Under the pieces are notes generated by a model. That model was not told the origin of the DNA and ran no database searches. It saw nothing but the letters and a program-made list of their open reading frames with translations. A stretch of 60,965 bases of DNA, filler included, from Sphacelaria rigidula (Eukaryota), in assembly GCA_964200075.2 (NCBI GenBank). It is 6 parts of 6 records of this genome, joined end to end, with 100 filler letters (N's around TTAATTAATTAA, not from the genome) between each part and the next. Parts side by side here need not be neighbours in the genome. Positions count along the whole stretch, not along the records: positions 10,179 to 20,256 come from CAXNAA020007194.1; positions 20,357 to 30,434 come from CAXNAA020007195.1; 4 more parts are not named here. One strand, 5' to 3'. Position numbers and translations under genes: made by a program. Below are positions 13,694-26,129 of the stretch, in pieces; the stretch's first letter is position 1; every line of letters starts with the position of its first letter.

Positions 13694-14171
13694 GGTAGGG
13701 GATATGTTCAAAAACATATTCGATTACTTACACGGCCCTCCCCAATAATGATTTTTTCCGTCGCGCATAGTTCCAATATATATTTTCGCTTAGGTCTCCT
13801 GCAACCAGCGCGGTTTATTCCGCCTGCTCGTCGGGCTTGTTCGCATACAGCGTGGATTATGACCCCCACCCAAAACCCACGCCCCTAGAACTTGCAAAAC
13901 GCAGCCGTATCCCTTGTTCCAAAAGTTACCGTCGTAAAAGAAGTGAAGCATCTCCAAGAAGAATACCCAATACGATCAATTCAAAAACTTGAAGTGAACT
14001 ATTCTCCACACAGCTATGGTCCCAATGTGCGTTCATGATGGACATACAAGAGTACAGGTTAACCCCTCGGCCGCATTCCATAACTGGGCTGAATCTAATC
14101 GGATTAAAACCTTGACCCGGCATATTTGTCCATGAGGAAAGGCTCCGAAGTTTATCTAGAGAGTCTGGTTG

Positions 14172-14345
14172 GCATCCCATCTGTTCTGGACGCCAGTCTA
14201 CTGCACCTGGTGGGAGATACAAGCGCCTCAGCCGGGGTCACACAGGAGTAAGGTCAGCACTGCAGCGTTTTTTAGCACTCACCTTCCTTCTGAGGTCCCT
14301 TACCTCTTTTCTATCGCGAGAAGCGCGTCGGTTCAATACTCCATC
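14172..14345 (-). mobile_element. Partial, diverged copy of the same SINE
   Basis: ctggacgccagtctac...gccggggtcacacaggag...ccttccttctg...atcgcgaga. Confidence 0.7.
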
Positions 14346-14955
14346 GTTCAAGTCAAAAGTGCAGAGAACACCAGTGTGTATGTATGGCCAACGATATGCA
14401 AGAAAGTACACAGCCTGGTCCCACGAAAGTGTTGTTTTGCAATGAGTTCGGTTCCCAGCCGCCAAAGGGCACCGTCACCATGCCGTATTTGGTGTCCCGG
14501 GATGGTGTGAAGAGATCAAGGTGTGATCAGAGCGCACGGCGTCTAGGTTATCTACACGGCTGCAGGTAACCTACGTGTTGTGCTACTATTTGCTCCCGGT
14601 GCTCCTATTTGCTCCTGAGACACATAAGGAGGTCACGCACTAATCATCTTGCATGCCGTAGTCATACTGTACGACCATTTACCTCGCACCCCCACAAAGC
14701 CGGGATGAAGCACGCCGGGTCCCCGCCGGAGTAGGCTCGCAATCAATCACCGAGCGCGAAGCACCGTGACAAGAGCACTAGCTAGCAGGGTACATAGGCA
14801 CGCGCTCGTCGCGCTCGACGCGCGTGATGTCTAAAGCCGCGAGTTTCTTCCGTTCGAGTCTTGAACTTTTCTACCTCTTGACTCAAGCATATCCCTGAAC
14901 ACTTGTACGTCTCCTCCACCGGTGATTACTCCTTCTCATCTGTATCAAACATAAG

Positions 14956-15165
14956 TCGCTGGCACATGCAACGACGGTGCTATTGTTGGTGTGGAGTCGG
15001 AGTATGATGGCTTTTGCTGCGATATCGGATGCGGCACATGCGGAGGCGATAACTGTACCGTAAATGCCGCAGCGGCCGGCCTCGTTGATGGAGACTGTTG
15101 CACAGCACAGATCAACATCTCCGGGGACTACTGCGTCGACACCGATGAGGCACCGTGCATTCTGG
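14956..15165 (+). CDS. 10-Cys domain exon 1 of a modular, probably secreted protein
   Basis: aag|...|gtgagc, 210 nt, phase 1-1; AGTCNDGAIVGVESEYDGFCCDIGCGTCGGDNCTVNAAAAGLVDGDCCTAQINISGDYCVDTDEAPCIL. Confidence 0.85.
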
Positions 15166-15728
15166 GTGAGCTCCTACCAACTACGGTGTAGTATTACCAG
15201 TGAAGAAAGGGGGTCCTGCTGTGGTGAGTACATTGTGGTTGCGTGCTACAATAGTACACGAGGGCATGAGGAGGCCGTCCGGACACGGCGTGGCAGGATC
15301 ATGGTTCCCTTATAAACGTAACACGGCACTGGCAGGAGATTCCTAGAAAGTTAGTTGAGCATGATCAACGTCATGGAACTGCATATAAGGGTCAAGAGTG
15401 CTGCACCGAATTTGCCTTGTATTCAAACACTGCATGTTGGGATCCGATTTCTTCGGACTGATCGGATAGACCACGCTTGCAGCTTAATTTGCATATCTAA
15501 TTCTGCGACCTCAGACGGCAAGTGAATGTTGGTACAAAACTGGTTCGTCTCGCCCCGTTTCGTCGAGTGTTCCGTGCTACGAGTATATGTTGTACATGTT
15601 TCCACATTTCCGCCCCGTCTTGTGGTGTTGGGCAAGGAAAGAAGTGCTCGTCCCGTTTTATGTTTCAAAACACGCATACGTCCCGTCCACCAATGATTGT
15701 TCGTCGGTTGTGTGTGCTAAATCATGAG

Positions 15729-15932
15729 GGGAAAAACCTTTGTGCAGCGACGGCACTGTCGGAGAGGAGTCTGATGGCGCCTGTTGCTTGGCAGCATGCG
15801 AAAATTGTGGAGGATATGGTTGTGACACCAGGGCCGAACTGCTCGGCGTCAACGCGACCGACTGCTGCACAACACTGATATATGAGGCAGGCGTCTACTG
15901 CGATGGCACCAATGAGGCACCGTGCATCCTGC
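15729..15932 (+). CDS. 10-Cys domain exon 2
   Basis: gag|...|gtgagt, 204 nt, phase 1-1 (acceptor is a weak GAG); LCSDGTVGEESDGACCLAACENCGGYGCDTRAELLGVNATDCCTTLIYEAGVYCDGTNEAPCIL. Confidence 0.8.
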
Positions 15933-18900
15933 GTGAGTTCTCATAATCGACGGTGTAGTACTATAACTTGAAAAAGAAGTCGGTCTTACCGTGGCAGGCA
16001 GTACGTGATGGTCGCGTCTTGGTCCTGTGGTAGACAACAATTTATGGTGCGTTCATAAGGGTGTGAGGGCCGTATGTGGATACCAGTTGGGAGGATAAAC
16101 ACCGCGCTCTCATAAAGAAGCACGGCATTGACGACAGTCCTACTATGAGAGTGTCCGCATTCCTTCCGGTCGTCCCGACATATTTTTCAGTCGAGGGTGG
16201 GCGATGACGATGTGTGGACTAAGTCGCATCCCTTGACGGACCGAAGCCAGGGAAAGTACATCATGCGTGCTTGAGTGGAAAGCTCTCGTGAGGGTTACAG
16301 AGCACCGTTTTTGGTGAGTCACAGTGCATCTGTCTTGAAGAGCGTCCGAATCCCTCACATAGACTGCGGGCGCGGGTCCCATGAAAGAGGATTTCCGCTG
16401 CCGGTGCAAGCCCCATTTTCGATCTTGATGTCAGCGGCGATTACGTTTAGATGTTTCATCGTCGATACACACATGCCTTACTGCCATTCACTCGCCGACC
16501 GTTCCACGCCGAGTATGAAGCTACAGAGGCGCATTGGGGTAATGGACGGAACCGAGGATACAACGTAAGTTCAGACAGGGAATCATACAGAACACGAACT
16601 GGATGAATATGTGGTAGGCATCGTTTCTCTAGTAAATTTTGGTTTTCGCTCCGGTCTCTCCTGACGGTACGCACAGGTTTTCGATTTGTGGTGCTTGCAG
16701 AGTTTGTCCCCGATTCGACCTCAAAACCCCGTGGCTTAACAGGCACCCGGGTTCACCGCAGACCTATCTTCCTTTGATCTTCAGAGGGTCCGATTGGCCG
16801 ATGTCGTCGGTCGGGTCCAATTCCCCGTGAAAAACCGCTTTGGCATTTATTGCGAGGATATGAGCCAAACAGAATGATTGTCGTGGCATATCGATATATG
16901 GTACCACTTATGTCGTGTGATTACACGAAGATACACTCGTGACTACATGACCGCGAGACGTTCGGCCTGCTGCGTTCCGTTTTGTTAAGTGTACTTTCAA
17001 GCGTCCCCATAATTCGGTAAATTATAACAAACATCGCAGGTTCTAGGGCTGGACGCTGCGCGCTCGATCTCTACTTCGTCGGTGCGAGTTACAGAACGCG
17101 TCGAGTATAATGGATGAGAAAGAGTTTCAACGTATTTCATGTCAGATGGGCTCTATAATGTTGCCACTTTGATAGATAAAAAGGGCGTAAAACAAGATGG
17201 AGCGCACTTAGTCGCTACTTTGGTGTACCATGGCTCCCGCGCGGACCGACTCCGTGATGTTGCTAGAGGCTGCTGCTCCCAGTGATAAATCGCTCTCGAC
17301 TCCAGAAACCTGACGCTGATAATCGTGGGGTTTGGTGGGCTGACATGGCTCGCTCACTGAACGCGCTCGGTGAAAACATGCGAATATATTGGCTCAAACT
17401 TGCGGTAGATTGGAGCTTTGTACGAGTTGTGTGTTGGCATCCCCTTTTCGGTTCCTTCTGTGCTGATGGAAAGGACCGGAACCTCCTGCGCCACGTGGTA
17501 CATGAGATCTACAATATGCATGGAATCCATCAACGAGTAGCCATTTGGACAAGGGTTTTCGAAATTTCATCTATGCCACAAATGACACATCGCGACGAAA
17601 GTACATTGTTATGCCATCTTGAAATATCGGAACCCAAACTCCAGCCATCAACGTGTAGTTGACATTCCTGGTACACAACACGCGTCCAACAGTGATTGTA
17701 CAGTGTTGCACGGACCTCCAAGCAGGATGAAAATGTTGATCGATGTATGTTTCTTCATCCGCGGAAAAAGAAAAGTGGTGGTGCGTGTCTTCCGTGCTTC
17801 GTGAAGCAAAAGGTTTACGAGTATACAGTGGGTGTAGTACAAGGGCCGAACGGCTTGGACCCGCGAGCAACAGGCGTGAACGATGAAACCGCCGCCCTCA
17901 CTATGCTGCTAAAGGAGTATTTTGACCGCATCTCCTACATGGCACCTGTCGAGATGATTCTACGTGCTATGGTTCAAGATGCGTCGGAAATCTGTCGAAC
18001 CGATTCCCAACGTGATGAATTTTGCTGCAAATGAAGGAGACAGCGAAGATGACACCACAATGAGCAAAATTCACATAATCGCGCCAGGCTACGGGGACAA
18101 CCTTGGCCTTCGATGTTGGCTGGTAGTATGTCGTACTCATTGTGATGGCATGTTTTATCACGCCTTCCGAATCAACCGTGTCTCGTTTGTGGAGGGATGG
18201 ATGGTATAAATCATCAAACGAAAACAGGTGGAACGTTGCACACACGGCACATTTCCCCCCGGCATCAATCATGATTACTCCGGGTTGGGTGCGGCGATGC
18301 GGCACACAGAACATCGGTTTCCCGCGTAGGTACCTCAGCCGTGCTCCGTATTATTCACACAGCACGCTTGAAAAAACGCATACCAGGCAATACCAAGACA
18401 TCAATTCCAGATTGCTAACCTCTACCAGTTGTACCCCCACCGTTCAGGTACCGCACGCCGTGTACCGTCGTTATTCTGCCAAAATCAAGCTCGACACGGG
18501 TACTATGCAATCATTGTCCGAAGTAAAGCTTCCGACGGGAAGCCTGGGAGACATAACTGTTTAATACGCACACTGATACATTTCTTGTTCACATTCGACA
18601 TCATTTGTGGAACCAATCATCTTGTCGATGCGGCCACAAATGCTACTCGTATTTTGGATGGGCCCCAAAATAGTTTGTTGGGTGGCTCTCGGGGATATAG
18701 GGCGTGGTGTGAACATACCCCAATCGTCGTCCTTGACGTCGTTAGTCGTCTAATGGCAATGCAGGGATGTGCGTGATATAATTCCGCCGTCCGACAAACC
18801 GGCCACGTGAAGGGGGAATGATAGTTCATAACTTCTACAGGTAACTTTGAAACTACGCCAGAGCGCTGATGGTGAGATGTCTCGGTCATGACAACGGAGG

Positions 18901-19368
18901 CGCGGCTGGCCGTGCGAACGTAGTAGTACGTGAACTCGACGACGCTGATCGGCAGGAAGGAAGGGTGGATTACTCACGTAGGAAGGTTTTCAACCGCGCT
19001 TTGCCCCGGCTTCTGTTTCGCATTTAATATGCATGAATGATGACTTGAAAAGCACACATAGCGAAACGCACAGAGATGATCACGAAAGCATGGTCGCTCG
19101 CAGCGGAGTGAACGGAGCGCCTTGGACGTTCGCAGGATGCTCTCCGCGGTCGGTCACATGTGGTACATCGCGCGAATGGTTGCAAAGAGCGATCCCACAG
19201 TAGTGCGGGTGTCTGCCATGGATGACCACCCCTCCGCATTGGATGGCTCTGGTTGCTATATTGTTCGATCACATCATGTTTTGTGCCCAACTCGCTGCCC
19301 CATCCGCGCCGCTGCCCGTGTCTCGACATTCTGGCGGATTCGACCTACGCGCACCACGGACCCGACAG

Positions 19369-19404
19369 CTACGGCAGCCTCGATGCCAGCTATGACGCCA
19401 GCCC
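19369..19404 (+). CDS. 36-nt linker micro-exon (xTAASMPAMTPA)
   Basis: gacag|CT ACG GCA...CCA GCC C|gtgagt. Same gacag|ct acceptor context as the 13182 micro-exon, AG-free upstream, phase 1-1. Confidence 0.6.
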
Positions 19405-19653
19405 GTGAGTATCAGTATTGACGTATTGCTCCACCGTGATGGCTTTTGTACGAGTCAACAGGCAAGGGAAAGGTCTTACGATATGTTTGATTCACCCAAC
19501 CACATCCTTGATGTAGCTTTGAATGTGCGTCAAGCATAGTCAGCGAAAGCACGGGATTTACTTGAGAAAATCCATGATCGATTGATTCAAAAATACATCT
19601 ACTGCCCCCCTCTTACGCATTTGCGTCCGTGTCAACGTCTGTTCCCCATACAG

Positions 19654-19842
19654 CGACGGAGTACGACCGTTGCACGCAGTACGACGGTATCCGGTTCAAC
19701 CGAGCGTGCTGTCCGGAGGAATGCGGAGATTGCCAGGGCGAATTCTGCGAGTATGCCGGGGACTATTGCTGCTCTGACAGCGTGTTGGACACCGGACTCG
19801 TGTGTGGTTTGGACACCGAAGTTGCTCCCTGTTATTTCCCTA
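19654..19842 (+). CDS. 10-Cys domain exon 3 (divergent)
   Basis: ttccccatacag|...|gtaagt, 189 nt, phase 1-1; TEYDRCTQYDGIRFNRACCPEECGDCQGEFCEYAGDYCCSDSVLDTGLVCGLDTEVAPCYFP. Confidence 0.85.
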
Positions 19843-20139
19843 GTAAGTCTTACCGGCATCGGTACCAACGTACCAACTGGAGACTGAAATTTGCTGAACT
19901 ATGCCATTGCGTATTCACCACAAGCTACTGCCACATGGCCGTTGTGAGGTATCCATACTTCGTGTATCGTTTTCCGTTGTAGTATGAATAAAGGGCTACG
20001 AAAGGTGCCTGGATCGGTTGTCGCTGTGGTACATGGGCTGCGCAACCGCGGAAATATAGGAAACGCGAACATGAGTGGCCGCAATTTCGTATTGACGTGT
20101 TCCACATCACCAGTACGACCCTCGCTATCCTTGCCATGA

Positions 20140-20256
20140 TCTCGAGACGCCCCACGCTAACAGGGTTAGGGTTACGGTAACGCTGATAGGGGGGGGGGTG
20201 TACTCATGATCATGCATTTCATAGTCATAAGACCATTGACCTCGCATCCCTACAAT
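20140..20256. repeat. Dispersed repeat with degenerate (TTAGGG)-like core at the contig end
   Basis: Matches ~50655-50789 (gagacgcccc...gggttaggg...G-run...gtactcat...gaccattgacc.cgcatcc). Weaker relatives near 570-640 and 55030-55070. Confidence 0.65.
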
Positions 20257-20356
20257 NNNNNNNNNNNNNNNNNNNNNNNNNNNNNNNNNNNNNNNNNNNN
20301 TTAATTAATTAANNNNNNNNNNNNNNNNNNNNNNNNNNNNNNNNNNNNNNNNNNNN
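20257..20356. other. Artificial contig spacer
   Basis: N44-TTAATTAATTAA-N44. Confidence 0.98.
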
Positions 20357-21005
20357 CCCTTCGCACCCGCACGCTCCTGCCAGACGTTGTTAAAGGAGGA
20401 GGGGGGCGAGGGGGGGGGGGCGGGGGTAGTTTTCGTCGAGTACGGCGCTGCCAAAAACCGACTTAATGACGAAATTTGTTCCGAAAACCAGGGGATAGGC
20501 GATTTTCATCCCCGCAGTGAATTTTCCTCCTCTTTTTTCCCCTTAAAATGAACTGCACTAACCTCATTAACGTTTGTACTGAAGGAGAAGGTTTGAGACG
20601 TCTACGGTCGCGAGAAATCGAAATCAACTGCTGCGTAAAGTGTACCGTAAATGAAACGGGGGGTGTTTTCGCCGCATTTTTCACGTTAATAGAGCCATAC
20701 TCCACATCTACTCCTGCAACTTGGTTTGCTTATTTTTTCAATTTTGAAAGGCTTGGGTGATAAAGGATTAATTTTTCTCTCTCCGGATACTCCGGGCATC
20801 GTTCCACGTGTCGTTGTTCCCACGAACCGGAGTTTTTCCCTTGAGCGTACCTCAATTGGGATTATTATCTCTAACTTCCGAGCAATTCGAAATGATATCA
20901 GCTATTACCGGACTCGAATCCGAGAGCGACCACGAAGACGGAGTAGAGCGCACCACCTGAAGGTGCGCCCCGGATAGTACCTCACTCCCGGGGAATCTCA
21001 ACGAT

Positions 21006-23115
21006 GTGCCGTCACCGAAACCCTCCCGTAGTACGAATTTAACAGGGAGCGAGTCTATTCACGCACCAACGCTCGAAAGAAAGGAAGAAGTTGTTGCGGT
21101 CGCCGAACAAATTGCCGCAAACAAAGATCACAAAGCCCAGGTTTGGGTACAGGCAAAAATCTGGCACCCTCATAAGTTGAGCATGCGACTTCCTGTCTCC
21201 GTCCTGTTGGACACGGGAGCTGGTGGGGGAAACTACGTGCCCGGTACTTTCTGGCAATCGATTTGTAAGTGGGGAGGAATACCTGATCGCAAACTAGAAA
21301 AGGGAGATGCAGGCGCGTTGAGGGCAGCAAACGCAGAGGAAAACAAGGTACCACCAATGGAAATCCTAGGCTCCTCCACAATACCAGTCGTCTTCCCCCC
21401 AGAAGATAAAGTACGCAACGTCGTAGTACATGTAGTCAAGGGCTTTCCATACGCACTAGTAGTGGGCGCAGTATTGTTCCGCAAACACTCGAGCGTCCTG
21501 TCATTTGACCAACAGCAAGGCTTCCGCGCTACGCCTGACACACCATGGATACCGGTCGACACCTGTAGTTCGATATTCTCGCCAACTACTAGACCATCAA
21601 GTGCGACCCCGTTGGCAGCGAAAGATATCCAAGTGTCGGATGGTTTGGACAATAGGCCTGACGTGGCCGAGGGGGCCACGCCAGAAAATACAAAATCAGA
21701 GACGGCGCCGCTGTCAGCGAAAGAAATCCAAGTGTCGAATGGTTCGGAGGATATGTCTGACGTGGCCAAGGGGGCCACAACAGATACTACGCCATCAGAG
21801 ACGGCCCCGTTGTCAGCAGAAGGCATACAAGTGTCGAATGATTCGAAGATTACACCTGACGTAGCCGAGGAGCTATGTGACATGTTCTGTGCTGTCATAC
21901 CCAGAGAAGGGGCCGAAGAACCAGAGCTTTACCCCCCGTTTCCGCTAGACGCCTTCACCCCCTCTATTGCAACGATCACAGACAGGATAGTCAGTGGCAC
22001 ATTCATGGGTAAGGCAGTTTGGGAAGATGACGGTACGCCGCAGTGGGCATTTTCCCTATCCTCATCGCTACAACTACCAGGTTCTGTCAGCACAGCAGTA
22101 GAGGGACGTACCAAGGGTCCCCTCTCTCATGTATGGCGACTGATACTGATATCACCTACCGAGGATTATGATTCGGAGAAAGGCGCGGTGCTAGGCGTAG
22201 CGAGAGGTATCCAGTGGTGGGAGCCAGGTACACCCGTTGTATACAAGGTAGTGAACAGAAGCCCCAACCAGAGCCTCGTTGTGGCAAATCAGCAGATAGC
22301 CCAGACAGTGGCGGTCAATATCGATGATGAAAAACGCTTCCGCGCGTTATTTCTGCCATCTAACCCTAAAAACAGCAAGGATGACACATCACACTCTACA
22401 CAACCACGGAAGAGAGATGGACGATGACACGTCAATCATGTCCAATCTCAATGACGCCAACCTTGGACAGCTTAGCGCCCCTAAAAAGCAAGAGCTCTTG
22501 ACACTGCTCAACGAGTTCCGCCGTCAGGGAATTTTTCCAGCAGACCCCAAAAACGTCCGCCCTTGTGATCAAGGTAAGATTCACATACCGTTGAGAGATG
22601 AACGATGTAAACCTGTGGCAACAAAGCAGCGACGTTTTTCCGCGGACGAGACTGAAGCAATCCAAGCAGAAGTAAAGAAACTTCATCAACGTGGTATCGT
22701 TCGGCGGTCAGAGTCGGGATGGGCAGCGAGATCCCTCGCGGTACCAAAAAAAGGCGGCACGCTTCGCCTATGTCATGACTTGTGACGGTTTAAGACAGGG
22801 AACGAAATGATCTCACGGAAACAGACAGCGGAGGTCTGGAGGACATCGACAGCATGCACGACAAGCTATGTGGAAATAAACACTTTTTCACATTAGATCT
22901 CACCTCAGGGTACTTCTAACTCGAAATCGAGGAGAATGACAAACACAAGACAGCCTTCAGAGACGCCCTCGGCCAACTTTAGGAGTACAATGGGTGTAGT
23001 TTTGGGCTGAAGAATCTCTCATCTGGGTTCACCAGAGGTATCTCCAAAACCCTAGGTACTCTCATTGACAAAGGAGTTCAGGCATGGTAAGACGACATCC
23101 TCATCTTCAGCAAAG
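21006..23115 (+). pseudogene. Ty3/Gypsy pol fragment: aspartic protease plus disrupted reverse transcriptase
   Basis: VLLDTGAG protease motif. RT motifs PVATKQRRFS, VPKKGGTLRLCHD, LDLTSGYF*LEI, KHKTAF, FGLKN and W*DDILIFS, with several stops and frameshifts. Confidence 0.9.
21597..21870 (+). repeat. In-frame 99-bp (33-aa) tandem repeat, about 3 copies, inside pol
   Basis: PL(A/S)AxxIQVSxxxxxxxDVA three times; gtgtcg at 21633, 21732 and 21831. Confidence 0.9.
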
Positions 23116-23519
23116 CGCTATCAACAGCCTGGATTCGTTTTTGAGGTTCAACATTTGATTGAGGTTCAACAGACCATCGAAATTTCATTTACTTTGTTCA
23201 AAAGGCTTAGGATTCGCAAGCGGTTTCGACCATGTGCCCCTAACTCAGAAGTTTCTGCACGACAGCGAAAGCATGATGGTGAGCAGTCCAACCGAAAAGC
23301 CGCCCTCATTCATTGTGCGGCATATTTTGAGCATCCCCTGCGTCTAAGCGCTACGGAACACGTGAAAAAGCATGCTGAAAACATACTTCTTTGGACTAGC
23401 CATCGAGTTTTCGAGCGCCTCTTGTTGTGTATCTGAGAGAGACTTCACACTGTTGCGCCGGCGACGACCGTCGTCAGCGAAACGATCCAATGCGGCGGCA
23501 TACGCCAACGATCTTTGGA

Positions 23520-25976
23520 ACTATAGCCTCTGCCAGACGATCTGGACAAGAGGGCTATCCACGAGGGACTCCTCCAGTAGCACTGGCCTCGTGCTCAACA
23601 AGCACTCTCATAGGTACTTTCTCCTCGACAAAATTCAATCCGGAGCTCACCACTATATCACTCATCTCAGGAGATCCCCGCTTTGCAGGCTTCCAGTCCG
23701 CTCCTGCGAAGTAGCAGCACTGAAACCACTACCTTCTGCACACCATAGAGCAACAATTCCTCTCGTACGGTAGCTCCTAGCAGCCACATCTAGCACCCCC
23801 ATGATGAATCTCAACATGCCACCAAACAGCATATCCTTAGTGCCGAACCAATGCGACACATACTCTGGCTCCACAGAAGGCTGTGCGGGCTTCAACCACA
23901 CGAAGTTGCTCACATCGTCTTTGATCACCAAATTATCTTGGATAGAATCTCCGTCGTCCAACCCACCATTGTCCAGCTGACCTCTCGCTCCATCGCCGAG
24001 TAAATTGAATTTCATCACCTCCTCAGGGCGAGTACCATGCACCTTATCCCCACCTTGCACCATATCCTCGTGGCGAGGGGGAATGTGCGCCCCCATCTTG
24101 GATTCTCTCACCCGTCGCGAGCAGAAATTTCCGGCAAGTTCGTCGCCGCTCTCTCAAAGCTTGACTGCAAACTGCACTACAGTAACACAAACGCCACCAA
24201 AACTGCAACGCACGAAGCTAGCCACCCGACCTTCACCGGATCGTTGCAATTGGGCTGGGCCTTCGCAGCCGTCGCCTGTGACTGTGGCTGCACCCTCATA
24301 GACGGTACGGCTCCACTCTCAGGAGCTTCCTCTTCATTTCCACCTGTATCCTTCTTGCTCTCACTTTGGAACGACCACTCAGGGACGATCACCCGCCTAC
24401 CCGGAAGATAGTTGGGTTTGTTCACCCCAGTCTGCACCGGCACAGCACGCGGGCGTAACTTTTCCAAAGCCAGCGGATACAAATCTATATCCCGAGTTCC
24501 TTCATAGTCGCGATGCCAAACAACACCACGTTGTTGTTGCCAGGCATGATCGCGAAAGTGATTGGCGATATCTCCACAGCACCCCACGGCGTTCACACGC
24601 TTACAGCAATAGGCACCGTTTTTTTATAAATAGTCACGGGCGCACCCATGGCGCTCTGTGCCATTTGCGTTTCATTTTCAAATGGTAGCTGTAGCTGGGC
24701 GCATCCAAACTGTGAAGACATCTGTTGCAGCAACCCCACACTTATTGATGTGAGTGCTGATCCAGAGTCAAGAAAAAACGCGAGCCATAAATGAACCAAC
24801 AGAACCGAGTATAGATAGATCAGCGCGCAAGCATTCTGCGCTACGGTCGACAGGTACCACACCTGCCGAAGAAAAACTCTGGTTAGTACCTAGAGTCACT
24901 TGACGCCAAGGCAGCGCTCCAGTACTTGACATCGATGCTTTTGTATTCGTCGCAACAGTGGAAGATACACCAGACACGAACCCTGCCGGGCCTATGGGTT
25001 GCGAGCCTTCCGCTCCAGCACTCCCCACCAAAGTATTACCTCCTCCCACATATGTTAGCCGCCTCGACACAGATGAACCTAGAGATCTAGCGTCATCACT
25101 TGAAAACGCACTCAGGGATACACTTCTCCGTCGCTTGGTTTCGTTTTTGGCCCCTGCCTCTACACCCTTATCTCTGGTTGCTCCAACCTTGTCCGCCATA
25201 ACGACTGCCTCGAGATCTTGACCCATCTCACGTATTTCCTTGCGCAGCGCATTTAGCGCGAGGCTTGGGGCAAGTTCTTGAAATATGCCCATGGTTTCCA
25301 CAATTGTAACACGAGCGAGTGAAAAACGCTCGCGAAGTCGGCAGCTGTTCCTGTTGCTTGTGCTCGCCATACCTTGACGTTTCTAACGGTTTATCCCAAA
25401 CCAGCGGCATCGTTGCCGCTTGAGCCATGTTCCCTATGACTCAAAATCACAGATAGACTCTTGCCTTACTTGAGCGTCCCTCCCGCGGAGTGTGTTCCTC
25501 CAAACGCTGTGCGCTGTAAGCTGTCTTCCGTCTGCGGGCTGAACTAGCTCTATGCTGCAGCCCAATCCCTCCTCAGCCAAAACTCCTCTAACAGAGTGCT
25601 GGAAGAATATTATCTAGAGGGATGCTACGGTAGGGGTGCACAAATATTTTCTGAGATTGGAATTGTTAGGTGCCCTCTATCTCATGCAAAACACGACCTA
25701 TGAAAAAATATGAAAGTACGCCAGGATTACTACTCCAATATGCTGGGGATATCCCGAATGAATTTGCAAACGGGGTTCCCCTGACCCATATTTTTGTGCA
25801 TGTAAAATCATTAGGAGCCCCCGAACCAGACATAATTTCGTGAAAAAAGTGCACCCCTACCGTAGCATACCTCTCTAGATACTGTAGCCTCTGCCAGACG
25901 ATCTGGACAAGAGGACTATCCACGAGGGACTCCTCCAGTAGCACTGACCTCGTGCTCAACAAGTCATTTCTTCTCA
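23520..25976 (-). mobile_element. Internally deleted Ty3/Gypsy LTR element
   Basis: Gag zinc knuckle CYNCGNHGHISRTC (~25270-25310), protease FLDSGS (~24760), integrase remnant LVIKDDVSNFVWLKPA (~23900), no RT seen. Direct repeat 23520-23602 / 25881-25963 marks the LTRs: 5' LTR ~25471-25976 (TG...CA) and a truncated 3' LTR 23520-23610 preceded by a purine tract. Confidence 0.8.
25613..25879. mobile_element. Tc1/mariner-type MITE inserted in the 5' LTR
   Basis: ~30-bp TIR tctagag..atgctacggtaggggtgcac, flanked by TA on both sides. Related copy at ~60008-60303. Confidence 0.8.
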
Positions 25977-26129
25977 CTTGTTATTATCATGGACTAAACA
26001 GCTGCGGCCCGCCCCATCAGGCATGGGCCACACAGCAAGGGCCATCATCCACAGGATGCCCTTTTCCCCTGGTCATCATCCAGGATCCTACATGCTACAT
26101 TTACTACGCCTTGGTGTATTTTGGCTACA

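Larger units (their letters stand above)
20357..23521 (+). repeat. Left arm of a 3165-bp inverted repeat (partner 27270-30434)
   Basis: Mirror-image ORF sets; paired coordinates sum to 50791. One substitution noticed (23238 vs 27553). Confidence 0.97.

Noticed and set aside
20160-20175. Telomere (gggttagggtta)
   Set aside because: Only about 2 units, inside a dispersed repeat and not terminal.
21233-21898. 221-aa minus-strand ORF (mirror at 28893-29558)
   Set aside because: Antisense shadow of the Gypsy pol frame.
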